From positions 930,001 to 994,000 of the forward strand of contig NW_027590138.1 of the NCBI RefSeq assembly GCF_964213995.1: DNA of 64,000 nt. Reading direction: 5' to 3'. Of this stretch, positions 12,420-24,984 are shown piece after piece; positions within the stretch are counted from its first letter, which is position 1, and every line of letters begins with the position of its first letter. The position numbers were made by a program, and so were the translations under genes. Below the pieces are notes generated by a model. It did not search any database, was not told where the DNA came from, and saw only the letters and a list, made by a program, of their open reading frames with translations. Source of the DNA: Mustelus asterias. Taxonomy: Eukaryota.

Positions 12420-12880
12420 GTGCGTCATGGGCATTCAGCCTCTGATCTTTGGGTAAACATTCTCCAAGGCGGCCTTCAGGACACACGACAGCGCAGAGTC
12501 GCTGAGCAGAAACTGATAGCCAAGTTCCGCACACATGAGGACGGCCTAAACCGGGATGTTGGCTTGATGTCACACTATCAGTAACCCCCACAGCTTGCCT
12601 CCTGGACTTGCTGGTTGTCCTGTCTGGAGACAATACGAATCTCTTTAACCTGTGCTTAATGCTCCCTCCACTCACATTGTCTGTATCTTTAAGAACTGGT
12701 TGGCTGTAGAGATTTGCATTCTAATCAGTATTCTGTAACTTGATTTTGTGTCTCTGTGCACTGTTTGAGAGCAGATTTCCACTCCATCTGACGAAGGAGC
12801 AGCGCTCCAAAAGCTAATGGTATTTGCTATCAAATAAACCTGTTGGACTTTAACCTGGTGTTGTTAAAACTGTTACTCTA
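12420..12880 (+). mobile_element. Penelope family A 3' fragment (GIY-YIG endonuclease C-terminus plus pLTR)
   Basis: HGHSASDL...RRVAEQKLIAKFRTHEDGLNRD*; hammerhead-like CTGACGA at 12788 with GAAA mutated to AAAA; AATAAA. Confidence 0.8.
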
Positions 12881-12938
12881 AATATATCCCCATCGCTCTG
12901 GGTGGGAGTGGAATTGATGATTTCTTGACTGTCTGTCT

Positions 12939-13189
12939 GCACTGCTGCCTCACAGTGCCAGGGACCCGGGTTCAATTCCCAGCTTGGGTCACTGTCTGTG
13001 TGGAGTCTGTACGTTCTCCCCGTGTCTGTGTGGGTTCCCTCCGGGTGCTCCAGTTTCCTCCCACCGTCTGAAAGATGCGCTATTGAGGTGCATTGACCCA
13101 AACAGGTGCTGGAGTGTGGCGACTCGGGGAATTTCACAGTAACTTCATTGCAGTGTTAATGTAAGCCTTACTTGTGACTAATAAATAAA
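12939..13189 (+). mobile_element. V-SINE variant with non-CR1 (Rex1-like) tail
   Basis: Same head and V-core as HE1-like SINEs, but ends tttcacagtaacttcattgcagtgttaatgtaagccttacttgtgactaataaataaa. Confidence 0.8.
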
Positions 13190-13218
13190 TTTAACTTTTA
13201 ACTTTAATTTTGTGAACT

Positions 13219-13546
13219 CATAGAATCGTAGAATCTTACAGTGCAGAAGAAGGCCATTCAGCCCATCGAGTCTGCACCAACCACAATCCCACCCAGGCCC
13301 TATCCCCGTAACTCCACATATTTAACCTGCTAATCCTCCTGACACTAGGGTCAATTTAGCATGGCCAGTCAACCTAAGCAGCACATCTTTGGACTGTGGG
13401 AGGAAACCGGAGCACCCGGAGGAAACCCACGCAGACACAGGGAGAATATGCAGACTCTGCACAGACAATGACCCAAGCCAGGAATTGAACTCAGGTACGT
13501 GGCGCTGTGAGGCAGTAGTGCTAACCGCTGTGCCACCATGCCGCCC
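13219..13546 (-). mobile_element. HE1-like V-SINE, full length
   Basis: tRNA head, V-core and CR1-type tail on the minus strand. Confidence 0.9.
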
Positions 13547-14135
13547 TAATCTCCTTGAACAAATAGTAAATTGTAGAGATTATAAAGTTTGAATTGTAAT
13601 ATCTAATGGTGTAAAGTATCTGGGAGCAGAGTGGATGTGATAAAGGCTGGAATACAGACTGTGGGAATGAGGGTGAAACTGCTGTGCTCAGTGAATGGTT
13701 CTTATTGGAGGGAGGGATGTAGCGGGATCTTCCTTGTTACTCCACTTACAGGCCGATGTTTGAGGGTCTGCCGATAGCTGTGAGTGTCTCTCTCTTACAG
13801 GCCTTGAAATTTCAAAGGCTGGGGAATGCTGCACTGGGGCAAGTCCACAGGAGAGAGCGCTGAACCAGGCTCACCGTTTATACCTGACCGGTAACCTGAT
13901 ACTTATATCACACAGCCATCCCAAAACCGCCACCAAAGCCTGAGTGATTCTCTCCCTTGTCGGTGGGACAACGGCCACCCTGCACCCACTCCACTCGAGT
14001 AGGTCTCCAAGAGAGAGAACAGAGAGACTCTGTTCTTTATCTCCTGACCAGCAGTCTCCTTTGAGTGAGCGGGTTCGAATCACTCAGATCACCCTCGGTT
14101 CCAGACTCCGGATTTATGGTAAGGGATATTGAAAC

Positions 14136-15172
14136 TGTGACCTCGTCAGAGTGCACTGATGAGAGAACAAGAGGCAAGACGGACTCCAAACGAGTTTCAA
14201 AACTTACAGTGATTTATTTAATAATAAAATCAACCTCTTCAATACCCCACCACACAGGAATAAAACTTATACTTTATACTGCACTATGGGAGAAATGCTA
14301 ATGGGTACAACGTATTACTGAAGTTTAAAATTACAATACACCACCCCTCCCCTTGCCTCAACCTCTATCCTATCCTCGGGAGCTTCACAAGGTTGGCTGG
14401 GATACTCACAATTCTAAAAGGGGTTCCTTTGTGGTCGGCTCAAATGTCTTAGTGCAGGGTCGAAACTGAAGAGAGCTTGGTCCTGCTTGTCTGTGTCACT
14501 GCTTGTGATTCTGGAAGAGAGCTTGGTCCTGCTTGTCTGTGTCACTGCTTGCGATTCTGGAAGAGAGCTTGGTCCTGCTTGTCTGTGTCCCTGCTTGCGA
14601 TTCTGGAAGAGAGCTTGGTCCTGCTTGTCTGTGTCCCTGCTTGCGATTCTGGAAGAGAGCTTGGTCCTGCTTGTCTGTGTCCCTGCTTGTGATTCTGGAA
14701 GAGAGCTTGGTCCTGCTTGTCTGTGTCCCTGCTTGTGATTCTGGAAGAGAGCTTGGTTCTGCTTGTTTGACTCTCAGCTCAATTTGACAAAAACACCTTC
14801 CCTGCCCCCGTAGGTGATTTTCAAGGACAATGGGGCTTTCGATCACCGGCAGTTTCAGTTTAATTTAGTCAAGTCCACACACAAAAGGCTGGAACTGCCG
14901 TGAACCCCCGTGGGTCGTTATTTCAATGTCTTCTGTGGATGGGCCGATTTCTGTGGCCATTGACTCCCTGCTGGTCTGTTTACTGTCCTTTGTCCTTCTG
15001 ATGATTCGATCACTGGTGCGTCTGCCTTTTTGGCCACTTGCATATTCAGGGGGCTCTCACCTTTTTTTCTCTTAGCACAGTCCACCGACAGGTTATGTTT
15101 GTCCTGCCGAACCTTCTGGGAGGTTTTTATCAGCCAGCAGCCAGAGTTGGCCACTTTTAAACTGCTACGACA
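14136..15172 (-). mobile_element. Possible solo LTR containing a minisatellite
   Basis: TG...CA termini and a minus-strand AATAAA ~80 bp from the end; no TSD or PBS found. Confidence 0.35.
14468..14768. repeat. 46-bp minisatellite, ~6.5 copies
   Basis: Unit gaagagagcttggtcctgcttgtctgtgtc(a/c)ctgcttg(c/t)gattctg, period 46. Confidence 0.95.
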
Positions 15173-15177
15173 ACGGA

Positions 15178-15367
15178 TCATAGAAATCATAGAAACCCGA
15201 CAGTGCAGAAGGAGGCCATTCGGCCCATCGAGTCTGCACCGACCACAATCCCACCCAGGCCCTACCCCCACATATTTACCCACTAATCCCTCTAACCTAC
15301 ACATCTCAGGACTCTAAGGGGCAATTTTTAACCTGGCCAATCAACCTAACCCGCACGTCTTTGGACT
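15178..15367 (-). mobile_element. HE1-like V-SINE 3' half
   Basis: catagaaatcatagaaacc...cacgtctttggact, cut by the Penelope copy that follows. Confidence 0.8.
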
Positions 15368-15369
15368 TT

Positions 15370-15978
15370 GGATGAATGAACACCGCTCGACAATCATCAG
15401 GCAAGACTGTTCTCTTCCTGTGGGGGAGCACTTCAGCAGTCACGGGCATTCAGCCTTGGATCTTCAGGTAAGCGTTCTCCAAGGCGGCCTTCACGACACA
15501 CGACAGCGCAGAGTCGCTGAGCAGAAACTGATAGCCAAGTTCCGCACACATGAGGACGGCCACAACCGGGATGTTGGATTTATGTCACATCATCAGTAAC
15601 CCCCACAGCTTGCCCCCTGGACTTGCAGAATCTCACTAGCTGTTCTGTCTGGAGACAATACACATCTCTTTAACCTGTGTTTGATGCTCCCTCCACCCAC
15701 ATTGTCTGTACCTTTAAGACCTGGCTGGTTGTAGGGATTCGCATTCTAATCAGTATTCTGTAACTTGATTTTGTGTCTCTGTGCCCTGTTTGAGAGCAGA
15801 TTTCCACTCCATCTGACGAAGGAGCAGCGCTCCGAAAGCTTATGGTATTTGCTACCAAATAAACTTGTTGGACTTTAACCTGGTGTTGTGAGACTTCTTA
15901 CAGGAGGGGAAACAGCAGCAGTGCAGTCTGCGCAAAAGCTGTGTTCAGCCCAGTCCAATGCCGGCATCTCCACATCAC
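15370..15978 (+). mobile_element. Penelope family A 3' fragment with intact hammerhead motif
   Basis: MNEHRSTI...LPVGEHFSSHGHS...EQKLIAKFRTHEDG GIY-YIG end; pLTR ending gccggcatctccacatca. Confidence 0.85.
15809..15845 (+). ncRNA. Minimal type I hammerhead ribozyme motif (Penelope pLTR)
   Basis: CCAT-CTGACGA-A-GGAGC-agc-GCTCC-GAAA-gc-TT-ATGG: stem I, core, stem II and palindromic minimal stem III. Confidence 0.7.
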
Positions 15979-16064
15979 TTTTAAACTGTCAGGTTTCTCC
16001 TGAGTCGGGTACACCTGTTCGGGTACACTGAGGGAGAATTCAGCATGGCCAATGCACCTAACCA

Positions 16065-16163
16065 TAATGGTATTTGCTACCAAATAAAGCTGTTGGACTT
16101 TAACCTGGTGTTGTGAGACCTCTTACCGTGTTCACCCCAGTCCAACGCTGGCATCTCCACATC
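16065..16163 (+). mobile_element. Penelope family A terminal pLTR fragment
   Basis: taatggtatttgctaccaaataaa...agtccaacgctggcatctccacatca. Confidence 0.8.
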
Positions 16164-16321
16164 ATCCCCTCCTGTCCACCAGAGGTCGCTGTAGGCCTCC
16201 CAGCTGCTGCTCCTCCCAGTGTCACCTCTTGCCCACTCCAGCCCCTCCAGTACACCTCACTGGAGCCCCAGGCCATTCTTGCCATCCTGCCAGGTCTCGG
16301 GTACTGAGGCCAGTAGTAAAG

Positions 16322-16606
16322 TTTATTTATGAGTCACAAGTAGGTTTACATTCACACTGTAATGAAGTTACTGTGAAAATCCCCGAGTCGCCACACTCCG
16401 GCACCTGTTCGGGTACACTGAGGGAGAATTCAGCTTGGCCAATGCACCTAACCAGCACATCTTTTGGACTGTGGGAGGAAACCGGAGCACCCGGAGGAAA
16501 TCCACAGACACGGGGAAAATGTGCACAGTGACCCAAGCCGGGAATCAAATCCAAATCCCTGGCACTGTGAGGCAGCAGTGCGAACCACTGGGCCACTGTA
16601 CCGCCC
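16322..16606 (-). mobile_element. V-SINE variant (Rex1-like tail)
   Basis: Reverse complement of the 12939 type. Confidence 0.8.
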
Positions 16607-17238
16607 AGTGCTCTGAGGTTAAGTTTCTTCTTCAAACCTAAGAAGATTCAGTGTCACATCAGGGCGGGGAAAAGGGAGTCCATTGGCTTCAGATGGATAA
16701 TGGTAAAAGTTAATATCCCAATTTATTCACTTTATTCCTTCAAGCTGAGGTTTACAAAGTGAGAATTCCGCTGTTTATAGCAGTGACGAAATAAGCAATG
16801 ACACTCTTCCTATATTTAAATTAGTCTGTAATACACCTCAATTTCACACAGGTTAACAGTTTTCAAGCATTTGGAACCCCAAATGTCTGCTGATGTGTCA
16901 TCCAGAGCTGTTTCCCTGGCAGTTTGTGTCAGTAGCAGGCTGCCGTTACCATCCACTCTTGGGCAGGGTGAGGAGACAGCTCCAACACCGACCTCAGCTG
17001 GAATGGGGATTGAACCATACATTAGTCCGCAGGCCAGCAATGTGGCAGGAATTGCAAAGGGGCTGCACAGAGGTCCAGAATTAGAAGAGGGGGTTGTGGA
17101 GATGGAGGAAGCGTCTGCAAGACATGGGGACATTTTGGATTATCTCAAAATTACAGAATGCGGGAGACCAGTCAGGAATGTGTTGAAATTGTCAAGTCTG
17201 GCGGTAATGTGTGGATGTGGGATTCAGCAGCAGATGAA

Positions 17239-17535
17239 GGGCTGCACGGTGGAACAGTGGTTAGCACTGCTGCCTGACAGCAGTGGGTTTCTGTGTACGT
17301 TCTCCCTGTGTCTGAGTTCCCTCTGGGTGCTTCCGTTTCCTCCTACATTCCAAAGATGTGCAGGTTAGGTGGATTGGCCATGTTAAATTATCTGTTAGCG
17401 TCCAAAGATGTGTACGTTAGGGGGTTAGCAGGGTAAATGCACAACGGTACAGGGCCCATCGAGTCTGCACCGACTCTCCAACAGAGCATCTTACCCAGGC
17501 CCTATCCCCGTAGCCCCACATATTCATCCTGCTAT
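17239..17535. mobile_element. V-SINE fragments joined in opposite orientation
   Basis: Plus-strand head and core to ~17452, then a minus-strand tail segment. Confidence 0.6.
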
Positions 17536-18021
17536 TCCACTGTGTTACCTGTTCATCACACTAGGGACCAGAGTCTGAGGTTATAAATGGGTGAGTTTAC
17601 TCCAATAGTAATTCTTTCGACATCTGACAAGTTTACAGCTATTAACATCCTGCCTATCAAATAGCTCCAGCCTACATATGAGAGAACCAACATTCAGAGC
17701 TTTCAAATCCTTATCCTGAAGTTACAAAACAGACTTTAGTCCTCGGCCTGCTGATACATCGGCACATTCACACAGGGGTGGATTGGACTGTGATCTGTTT
17801 ATTATTCATCTTTAGTTCAATACAGTTTCTGAGTGATTTAAATTTAAAACAAGGCCTGCAGGCGTGAAGATTTATTGACACATGAATGAGAGATGCTGTG
17901 GGGCATTCTCCAAGTCCAACAGGGCTGATTTACATCAGAAAAACTCCAACTATCAGTATAAACGTTATTTAGTTGGGATGTAATTAACAGCAGCAATAAC
18001 AGCAGAATCACACCCCTGTGA

Positions 18022-18546
18022 TCACTGGTGAACTCGCTGGTGTCTCACCAGGTTGTGTGACTGGGTGAATCTCTTTCCACACATCGAACAAGTGAACGGC
18101 TTCTCCTCACTGTGAACTTGTTGGTGTCTCAGCAGAATGGATGACCGGGTGAATCCTTTCCCACACTCAGTGCAGGTGAACGGTTTGTCCTCAGAGTGAT
18201 TTCACTGGTGTGCGAGCAGACGTTTTCTCACAGTCAGAACATTTGAATGGTCTCTCATTTGTGTGAACAAGTTGGTGTGAAGTGAGAGAGGATAAACAAG
18301 TGAATCCCTTCCCACACACAGGGCAGGTGAACGGTCTCTCCCCACTGTGAATTCGCTGGTGTACAGTGAGGTCGCCTGATCGCCTGAAGCCAGTCCCGCA
18401 GTGAGAACACGTGAACGGTCTCTCGTCAGAGTGAACACGTTGATGGCATCGCAGTTCCTCAGAACTTTTGTAGCCCTTCCCGCAGTCTGGACATTAACCG
18501 GTCTCTCTTCACTGTGAACTCGTTGGTGTTTCTGCAGGTTGGATGA
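18022..18546 (-). pseudogene. Decayed C-terminal fingers of ZNF-B
   Basis: About 6 more finger units with frameshifts and stops, ending at the ancestral HQRVHQ* at 18022. Confidence 0.8.
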
Positions 18547-19209
18547 TCAGTTAAATCCCTTCCCACATTCAGAGCAGGTGAATGGCCTCTCTCCAGTGTG
18601 AATGCGCTCATGTGCCACAAGGTGGAATGATGTCCTGAACCCCTTCTGGCAGTGGGAGCAGCTGAACGGTGTGGTTCCGGTGTGAATGTACTGGTGCTCC
18701 CGCAGTGTGCGTGGAGTTTTAAAACTCTTTCCACACTCAGTGCATTTAAACTCTCTCCTGTCGGTGTGAACTCGCTGGTGTCTCTGCAGGGCAGAGAAAT
18801 CTGTGAATCCCTTCCCACACACGGAGCAGGTGAATGGCCTCTCCCCTGTGTGAGTGTGCCAATGCATCAGCAGGGCCGATGACTGAGTAAATCCTTTTCC
18901 ACATTTGGAGCAGGTGAACTGCCTCTCCCTGCTGTGAATGCGCTGGTGTATCAACAGGCCAGCTGACTGAGTGAATCCCTTCCCACACACAGGGCAGGTA
19001 AAAGGTCTCTCTCCAGTGTGAGTGCGTCGGTGATTTTCCAGGCCAACTGGGTAATTGAATCCTTTCCCACAGTCTCCACATTTATACGGTCTCTCCCTGA
19101 TGTGACTGCGCTTGTGTCTTGACAGGCCAGACGATCGTTTGAAGCCTTGTCCACACACAGAACATGTGTATGGTTTCTCCCCACTGTGAATGGTGCTTTT
19201 TTCTTCCAT
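18547..19209 (-). CDS. C2H2 zinc-finger gene ZNF-B, truncated by a nonsense codon after 7 fingers
   Basis: [16 protein letters not shown] at 19209, acceptor at 19316-19317, TGA inside the helix of finger 8. Confidence 0.6.
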   Translation of the reverse strand: MEEKSTIHSGEKPYTCSVCGQGFKRSSGLSRHKRSHIRERPYKCGDCGKGFNYPVGLENHRRTHTGERPFTCPVCGKGFTQSAGLLIHQRIHSRERQFTCSKCGKGFTQSSALLMHWHTHTGERPFTCSVCGKGFTDFSALQRHQRVHTDRREFKCTECGKSFKTPRTLREHQYIHTGTTPFSCSHCQKGFRTSFHLVAHERIHTGERPFTCSECGKGFN

Positions 19210-20199
19210 GTTTAATGGCCTATGATATTTAGATCCTGATGAATCAAAGCTCTCTGTCAGATCTTGATGTGATCCTTGATTTACAATTGTCTGTAATTCC
19301 TCACCTTCTAATCCCCTGAAAAATGAATTGAAAACAGAAAGAGGGAAACATGAGAGACAAGCCATAAATATACAAAGACAAAATGTGAAACTGAGTTGAT
19401 CTAATCTGGTAAATTGTGGGATTGGGACTAGGACATAGTGGATATGAAAGCTGCTGGATTGTGACAAAGCCTCAAACTGTTTACCAATGCACTGAGGGAA
19501 AGGAACCCTCCACCTCTTCAGAGCCTACAACAAGAATCCAGCCTTTGTGCGTGAAGAGGGAGAGGTCGGGAGGAGGGTGACGGAGAGAGACTTTATACAT
19601 CAGCAACTCAACCAGGATTTTGGCAGAATCTCCTCAACCCACAATCTTTCCCACCTGGAAGTACCAGAGCAGCTGGGACATGGGAAAACCACACAACTCC
19701 CTGACTTGGACAAATATCACTGTCCCTTCAATGTGACTGGGTTCAAATTCTAATACTCTTGCATTGTGGGAGCACCTTTACTATATGGACTGCAGAGGTT
19801 CAAGAAGAAGGCCAACTATCACCATCACAAAGGACAAGTGGCGATTGGCAACACATGACTGTCTGTGATAGTAATTCATTACAGATACCTGGGCCTTGTC
19901 AGTAATGTCCACTTCCAAAGAATTTTTTGTATATTGCAAATCTGTATGAAACCTGCAAGTTCATAAGATATCGGAGCAGAATTAGGCCATTCGGCCCCTC
20001 GGGTCCGCTCTGCCATTCAATCATGGCTGATATGCTTCTCATCCCCATTTCCTGCCTTCTCCCCATAACCTTTCAACCCATTACCAATTAAAAATCTGTC
20101 CAACTCCTCCTTAAATTACTCACTGCCCAGCATCCACCGCACTTTGGGGTAGCAAATTCCGCAGATGAAAGGAAAACAAAGAAACAAAACCAATGACCA

Positions 20200-20460
20200 C
20201 AACAATCCAGGAGGACAAGGACAGTGGACAGATGGGAAAACCACCACCTGGAAGTCCCCCTCCAAGCCACTCAGCATCTTGACTTGGAAATATGTCACTG
20301 TTCCTTCAATGTCATTGGATCAACATCCTGGAATTCCCTCCCCAACAACACTGTGGATGTACCTACGCCACATAGACTGCAGCGATTCAAGAAGGCAGCT
20401 CACCACCAGCTTTTCAAAGGCAATTAAGAATGGGCAATAAATGCTCGTCTAGCCAACGAC
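20200..20460 (+). mobile_element. LINE (L2/CR1-group) 3' end sharing its tail with SINE family B; older copy at ~19650-19850
   Basis: SWNSLPNNTV...LQRFKKAAHHQLFKGN* followed by tgggcaataaatgct...agccaacgac. Confidence 0.65.
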
Positions 20461-20619
20461 TAGAATCAATTGAATGATTTAAAAAATGACTTGGAATATC
20501 CATGAGAAAACAATCCTGACAGTTACTCAAATAAATACTTCACTCAGTCACACCAGCTTCTGAGTTTACATTTGACTGAAGTGGTTGGATTTTGCTGCTG
20601 TTTGTGGAAAACTTTGGGG

Positions 20620-21325
20620 CATTTGCCCAGTTCATTACGCAAACTAGCCTCCCATCCATTGACTCCATCTACACTTCCCGCTGCCTCGGAAAAGCAGCCA
20701 ACATAATCGAGAATGTCACACACCCCGGACATACTCTCTTCAACCTTCTTCCACCAAGAAAAAGATACAAAAGTCTGAGATCATGTACCAACCGATTCAA
20801 GAACACCTTCTTCCCTGCTGCCATCAGACTTTTGAATAGACCCACTTCTCATTAATTTGATCTTTCTCTACAGCCTAACTGTGACTGTAATACTACATTC
20901 TGCACTCTCTCCTTTCCTTCCCTATGTACAGTATGCTTTGTCTGTACAGTGCACAAGGAACAATGCTTTTCACTGTACACTAATACATGTGACAATAATA
21001 AATCAAATCAAAAAAGAACCCCACGCACTCCGGACACACTCTCTTCCACCTTCTTCCATTGGGAAATAGGATACAAAAGTCTGAGATCAGGTACCAACTG
21101 ACTCAAAAACAGCTTAATCCCTACTGCCATCAGACTTTTGAATGGAGCTGCCTTATATTAAGTTGATCTTTTGCTACACCCTAGATATGACTGTAACACT
21201 ACATTCTGCACCCTTTTCTTTCCTTCTCTCCTATCTGCTCTATGAATGGAATGCTTTGTCTGTACAGTGCGCAAGAAATAATAATTTTCACTGTAAACCA
21301 TAACGTGACAATAATAAATCAAAAT
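20620..21325 (+). mobile_element. Two tandem Rex1/Babar-like LINE 3' ends
   Basis: LPSIDSIYTSRC...HPGHTLF...TNRFKNTFFPAAIRLLN; tail tgtgacaataataaatcaaatc. Confidence 0.75.
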
Positions 21326-21449
21326 TATCCACCAGTTCCCACTTCTGTTCTTTCTGATGAATGAAGGATCTGTGCACAGCTTTTTCGACCTTCCTCCCAA
21401 TCTCCACATCACAGCAAAAATATCACTGGTCAATAATAACGACTTTCAA

Positions 21450-21830
21450 TGACGGAGGGTTTACCCAGCATTCGCCGCGGTGGTGAATGCCCTCTATTTA
21501 CACCAGAGGAAGGTACTGCGCAGCCGTCTTATCACCCAGTATTGGGGCATGCGCACTGTCAGTCATGGCGATGGGGTGAGTTTCTCTTTTTGTCTCTTTG
21601 CCACGGGGAAGGAAGCGGAAACTCTGAGGGAGCGATGGAGCCGGCTCTGGAGAAGAAGAGTTTCTAAACACCTGGCGGGCGCCTCAAACCCCGATTGAGA
21701 TTCGTGTTTGCAGCTCCGGATCTTTTTTCCCCCCGAAACCCAAGTCCAGTCTAACGGCCACCATCTTGGATCAGCGAGAGGCGCATGCGCCAGGGTCTTC
21801 ATGACGCAACAGTGAGGGCGGGGCTTAGGT
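21450..21830 (+). promoter_or_regulatory. CpG-island promoter/first exon (type I) of ZNF-C, possibly bidirectional with ZNF-B
   Basis: GCATGCGCA and GGCGCATGCGCC NRF1-type motifs, GC box, donor GTGAGT at 21576; homologous to 6840-6930. Confidence 0.65.
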
Positions 21831-21900
21831 TTTACAGTTCCTCCCGGGTCCCAGTTTCCAGCACATCAGCGTGAATATTATTGATGAGTGTCAGAAGGAG

Positions 21901-22150
21901 GTTTACATTGACACTACAATGAAGTTACTGTGAAAATCCCCCAGTCGCCACACTCCGACACCTGTTCAGGTACACAGAGAGAATTTAGCATGGCCAGTGC
22001 ACCTAACCAGCACATCTTTCGGACTGTGGGAGGAAACCTGAGCACCTGAAGGAAACCCACACAGACACAGGGATAATCTGCAAACTCTACACAGACAGTG
22101 ACCCAATCCGGGAACTGAAGCCAGGTCTAACCACTGTGTTACCGTGCCTC
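21901..22150 (-). mobile_element. V-SINE variant fragment
   Basis: aatgaagttactgtgaaaatcccccagtcgccacac tail plus V-core. Confidence 0.7.
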
Positions 22151-23217
22151 CCACCAAACTGGGCAACAGGTGTCTAAACAGTTTCACCCGCTTCCAGCCT
22201 GCAGCTGATGTTTACAGGAGTCCATGAACCATGTACATATTCAGTGTGAGAGGTTGCTGTCCCTGAAGGAGCTGCTTCTCCACTTTTAGTTACACTTCTA
22301 TTCTGCCCCACGCTCCTAATCATTGGCTGCCCATGTGGAGGAGGCTTGGGAGGTCAGAGGATCTTTTCCTGGACCTGCTCTTGGGGCTGGTTAAAACAGT
22401 GATTTGTAGATCAACATGGGGTCACTTAGCTGTTGGCTGCTCTTCCGTGGTCTTGTCCATGCTCTTGTGGTCCTGGAGAAGAATCGTGCAGTGTTGACTG
22501 GAACACTCGAAAACTCCACAACTCAGGGTACAGAGTGTCTCATAGACACTGGAAACAAAGTTCTGGTTTAGTTGAGATGGAAGTTTGATTGGACCACAAG
22601 ATTGGGGAAACAAAAGATAAAAGAATATTCCATAGAAACTAGAATTGTCTGTTCTGAATTTCTGTCCTGTGCTGACAACGATACTGACTCTGTCAATGTC
22701 TTTTACAAGGTCCACAAGGGCGATGAATTGCAGATGGGAAACTGAAACCAAACATCACATCAAGAGCTGACAGAGTCCCTCAATTCATCAGGACCTGAAT
22801 ATCATCAACCTTTAAATGTGGAAGGAGAAATGTTTTTCTGTTTTGGCGATGAGGAAAGATTTCAAACATCACTGTGACTGGAAAAGCACCAAGACTTACA
22901 CACACACCCAAGTGAGAGTGTTCCAGTCAACTGACTGTGGAAAGAGCTTTAACCAGTTACACAGCCTGATTGTTTTTAAAAATCTCACTATTCACAGCAG
23001 AGAGCCAAAGGATGAGAAGATCTTGGAGCAGAATTAGGCCATTGGGCCCATTGAGTCTGCTCCACTATTCACTGATCTGATATAATCCTGAACTCCACTT
23101 TCCTGCCTTAACCCCATGACTCTTGATTCCCTTACTGAGAAATAATACACAAGTTCTTTGTGTGGACAAGGCTTGAACAGATTGTTTAACCTAGAGAGAC
23201 ACAAGGACACCTGTACC

Positions 23218-24351
23218 ATGGAGAAACCATGCAAATGTGGGGACTGTGGGAAGGGATTCAGTTACCCATCGCTGCTGGAAATACATCGCCGCGGTCACAC
23301 TGGGGAGAGACCATTCACCTGCTCTCTGTGTGGGAAGGGATTCATTCAGTCATCCCACCTGCTGACCCACCAGCAAATTCACATTGAAGAGAGGCTTTTT
23401 AACCACTCTGACAGCGATAACAACTCTAAAAGCTCTGAGGACCTGGTCAAGCACCAGATTGTTCACATTGCAAGACAGTTCAGTTGCTCTCACTGTGGGA
23501 AGCTGTTTAAACGATCACAGAACCTCATTGAACACGAACGCACTCACACTGGGGAGAGGCCATTCACCTGCTGTGTGTGTGGGAAGGGATTCACACGATT
23601 ATCCCACCTCGCTACACACCGACTGGTTCACACTGATAACAGACCTTTCAAATGTTCCGAATGTGAGAAGAGTCATAAAACCACAACTGATCTGCTGATA
23701 CACCAGCGAGTTCACAACAAGGAGAGGCCATTCAGATGTACAGTGTGTGGGAAGGGATTCACTCTGTTATCCAGCCTCCAGAAACACCAGCGAGTTCACA
23801 TTGGGGAGAGGTCGTTCACCTGCTCCTTGTGTGGAAAAGGATTCATTTATTTAAGCAGCCTCAGATCACACCAACTTGTTCACTCGGATAAGAAACCTTT
23901 CAAATGTTCTGAATGTGAGAAGAGCTTTAAGACCTCCAGTATTCTGCTTAGGCACCAACAAGTTCACTCCGGGGAGAGACCGTTCACCTGCTCTGACTGT
24001 AGAAAGGGATTCACTCGCTCATCCAACCTGCGAACACACCAGCACATTCACACCGGGGAGAAACCGTTCACCTGCTCTGACTGTGGAAAGGGATTCACTC
24101 GCTCATCCAACCTGCGAACACACCAGCACATTCACACCGGGGAGAAACCGTTCACTTGCTCTGAGTGCGGGAAGGGATTTTCTCACTCATCCCACCTGCT
24201 GAGACACCAACACACTCACAATGGAGAGAGACCGTTCACCTTCTCTGAGTGTGAGATGGGATTCACTCAGTCAACCCATCTTCTAACACACCAGCAAATT
24301 GACAAGTGTCTGGGGGAATTGGATTCTGCTGTTAATCACATCCAGGACTGA
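23218..24351 (+). CDS. C2H2 zinc-finger protein ZNF-C (11 intact plus 2 degenerate fingers)
   Basis: accATGG MEKPCKC start; two adjacent near-identical RSSNLRT fingers; acceptor near 22709; CR1 tail fragment at ~23010-23140 in the 5' part of the exon. Confidence 0.85.
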   Translation: MEKPCKCGDCGKGFSYPSLLEIHRRGHTGERPFTCSLCGKGFIQSSHLLTHQQIHIEERLFNHSDSDNNSKSSEDLVKHQIVHIARQFSCSHCGKLFKRSQNLIEHERTHTGERPFTCCVCGKGFTRLSHLATHRLVHTDNRPFKCSECEKSHKTTTDLLIHQRVHNKERPFRCTVCGKGFTLLSSLQKHQRVHIGERSFTCSLCGKGFIYLSSLRSHQLVHSDKKPFKCSECEKSFKTSSILLRHQQVHSGERPFTCSDCRKGFTRSSNLRTHQHIHTGEKPFTCSDCGKGFTRSSNLRTHQHIHTGEKPFTCSECGKGFSHSSHLLRHQHTHNGERPFTFSECEMGFTQSTHLLTHQQIDKCLGELDSAVNHIQD

Positions 24352-24984
24352 ACAGTCTTCATTCTGACAGTTGGGGTGTGTTTTCGCTGATGTTAGTGAT
24401 CGCTATAACTGGGCTGGAGTTTAATTCTCTGGATAAATGTCAAATTAACTAATATTATTTCAGACACAAAGCTGGGACCTTCATTTCTCCAGGACAAGAA
24501 AAGATTAATCAATGTCTTGTTACTAATTGCTGCATTTTTGTGGCCCTTTTCTCCTTTCTAACTCTGGATTATTTCAGTTTTCATACCTTCAGTTACTCTC
24601 CTGGGCAAGTTCCAACTCCCCACACCTTCCAGAGTGTCTTTCCTGGCCTTGGAATCCATGGAAGGCATCAGTAACACATCCGCGATCACCAAACACAAAT
24701 CACAGTTCTTTGCACTGATCCACTTCTTTCCCCAGTCATTCAGGATGGTGATGTTTTTGGAGCTGTGATTTGTTTAATTGTCCCCCACCATTCACGACTG
24801 GATGTGGGGGGACTGCAGCTCTGATCTGATCCGTTGTTTGTGGGATCGCTTGGTCCTGCCTGGAACATTCTGCTTCTGCTGTTCAGCGTGCTTATAGTCC
24901 CATGTTACAGGTTGGAACCTCAGTTTTAGGGTGCCCAGTGCTGCTCCTGACTTGTTCTCCTACACTCCATGTTGAACTAGGGGA

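Noticed and set aside
14061-14086. Hairpin tgagtga-gcgggttcgaa-tcactca with a B-box-like loop
   Set aside because: No A box or tRNA fold, and it does not fit a PBS next to the candidate LTR end.
16871-17368. 165-aa ORF
   Set aside because: No recognisable motif, non-ATG start, and the 3' part runs into a SINE.
19210-19467. Hydrophobic N-terminus of the 306-aa track ORF as a signal or transmembrane segment
   Set aside because: The hydrophobic part is the translated polypyrimidine tract upstream of the splice acceptor at 19316.
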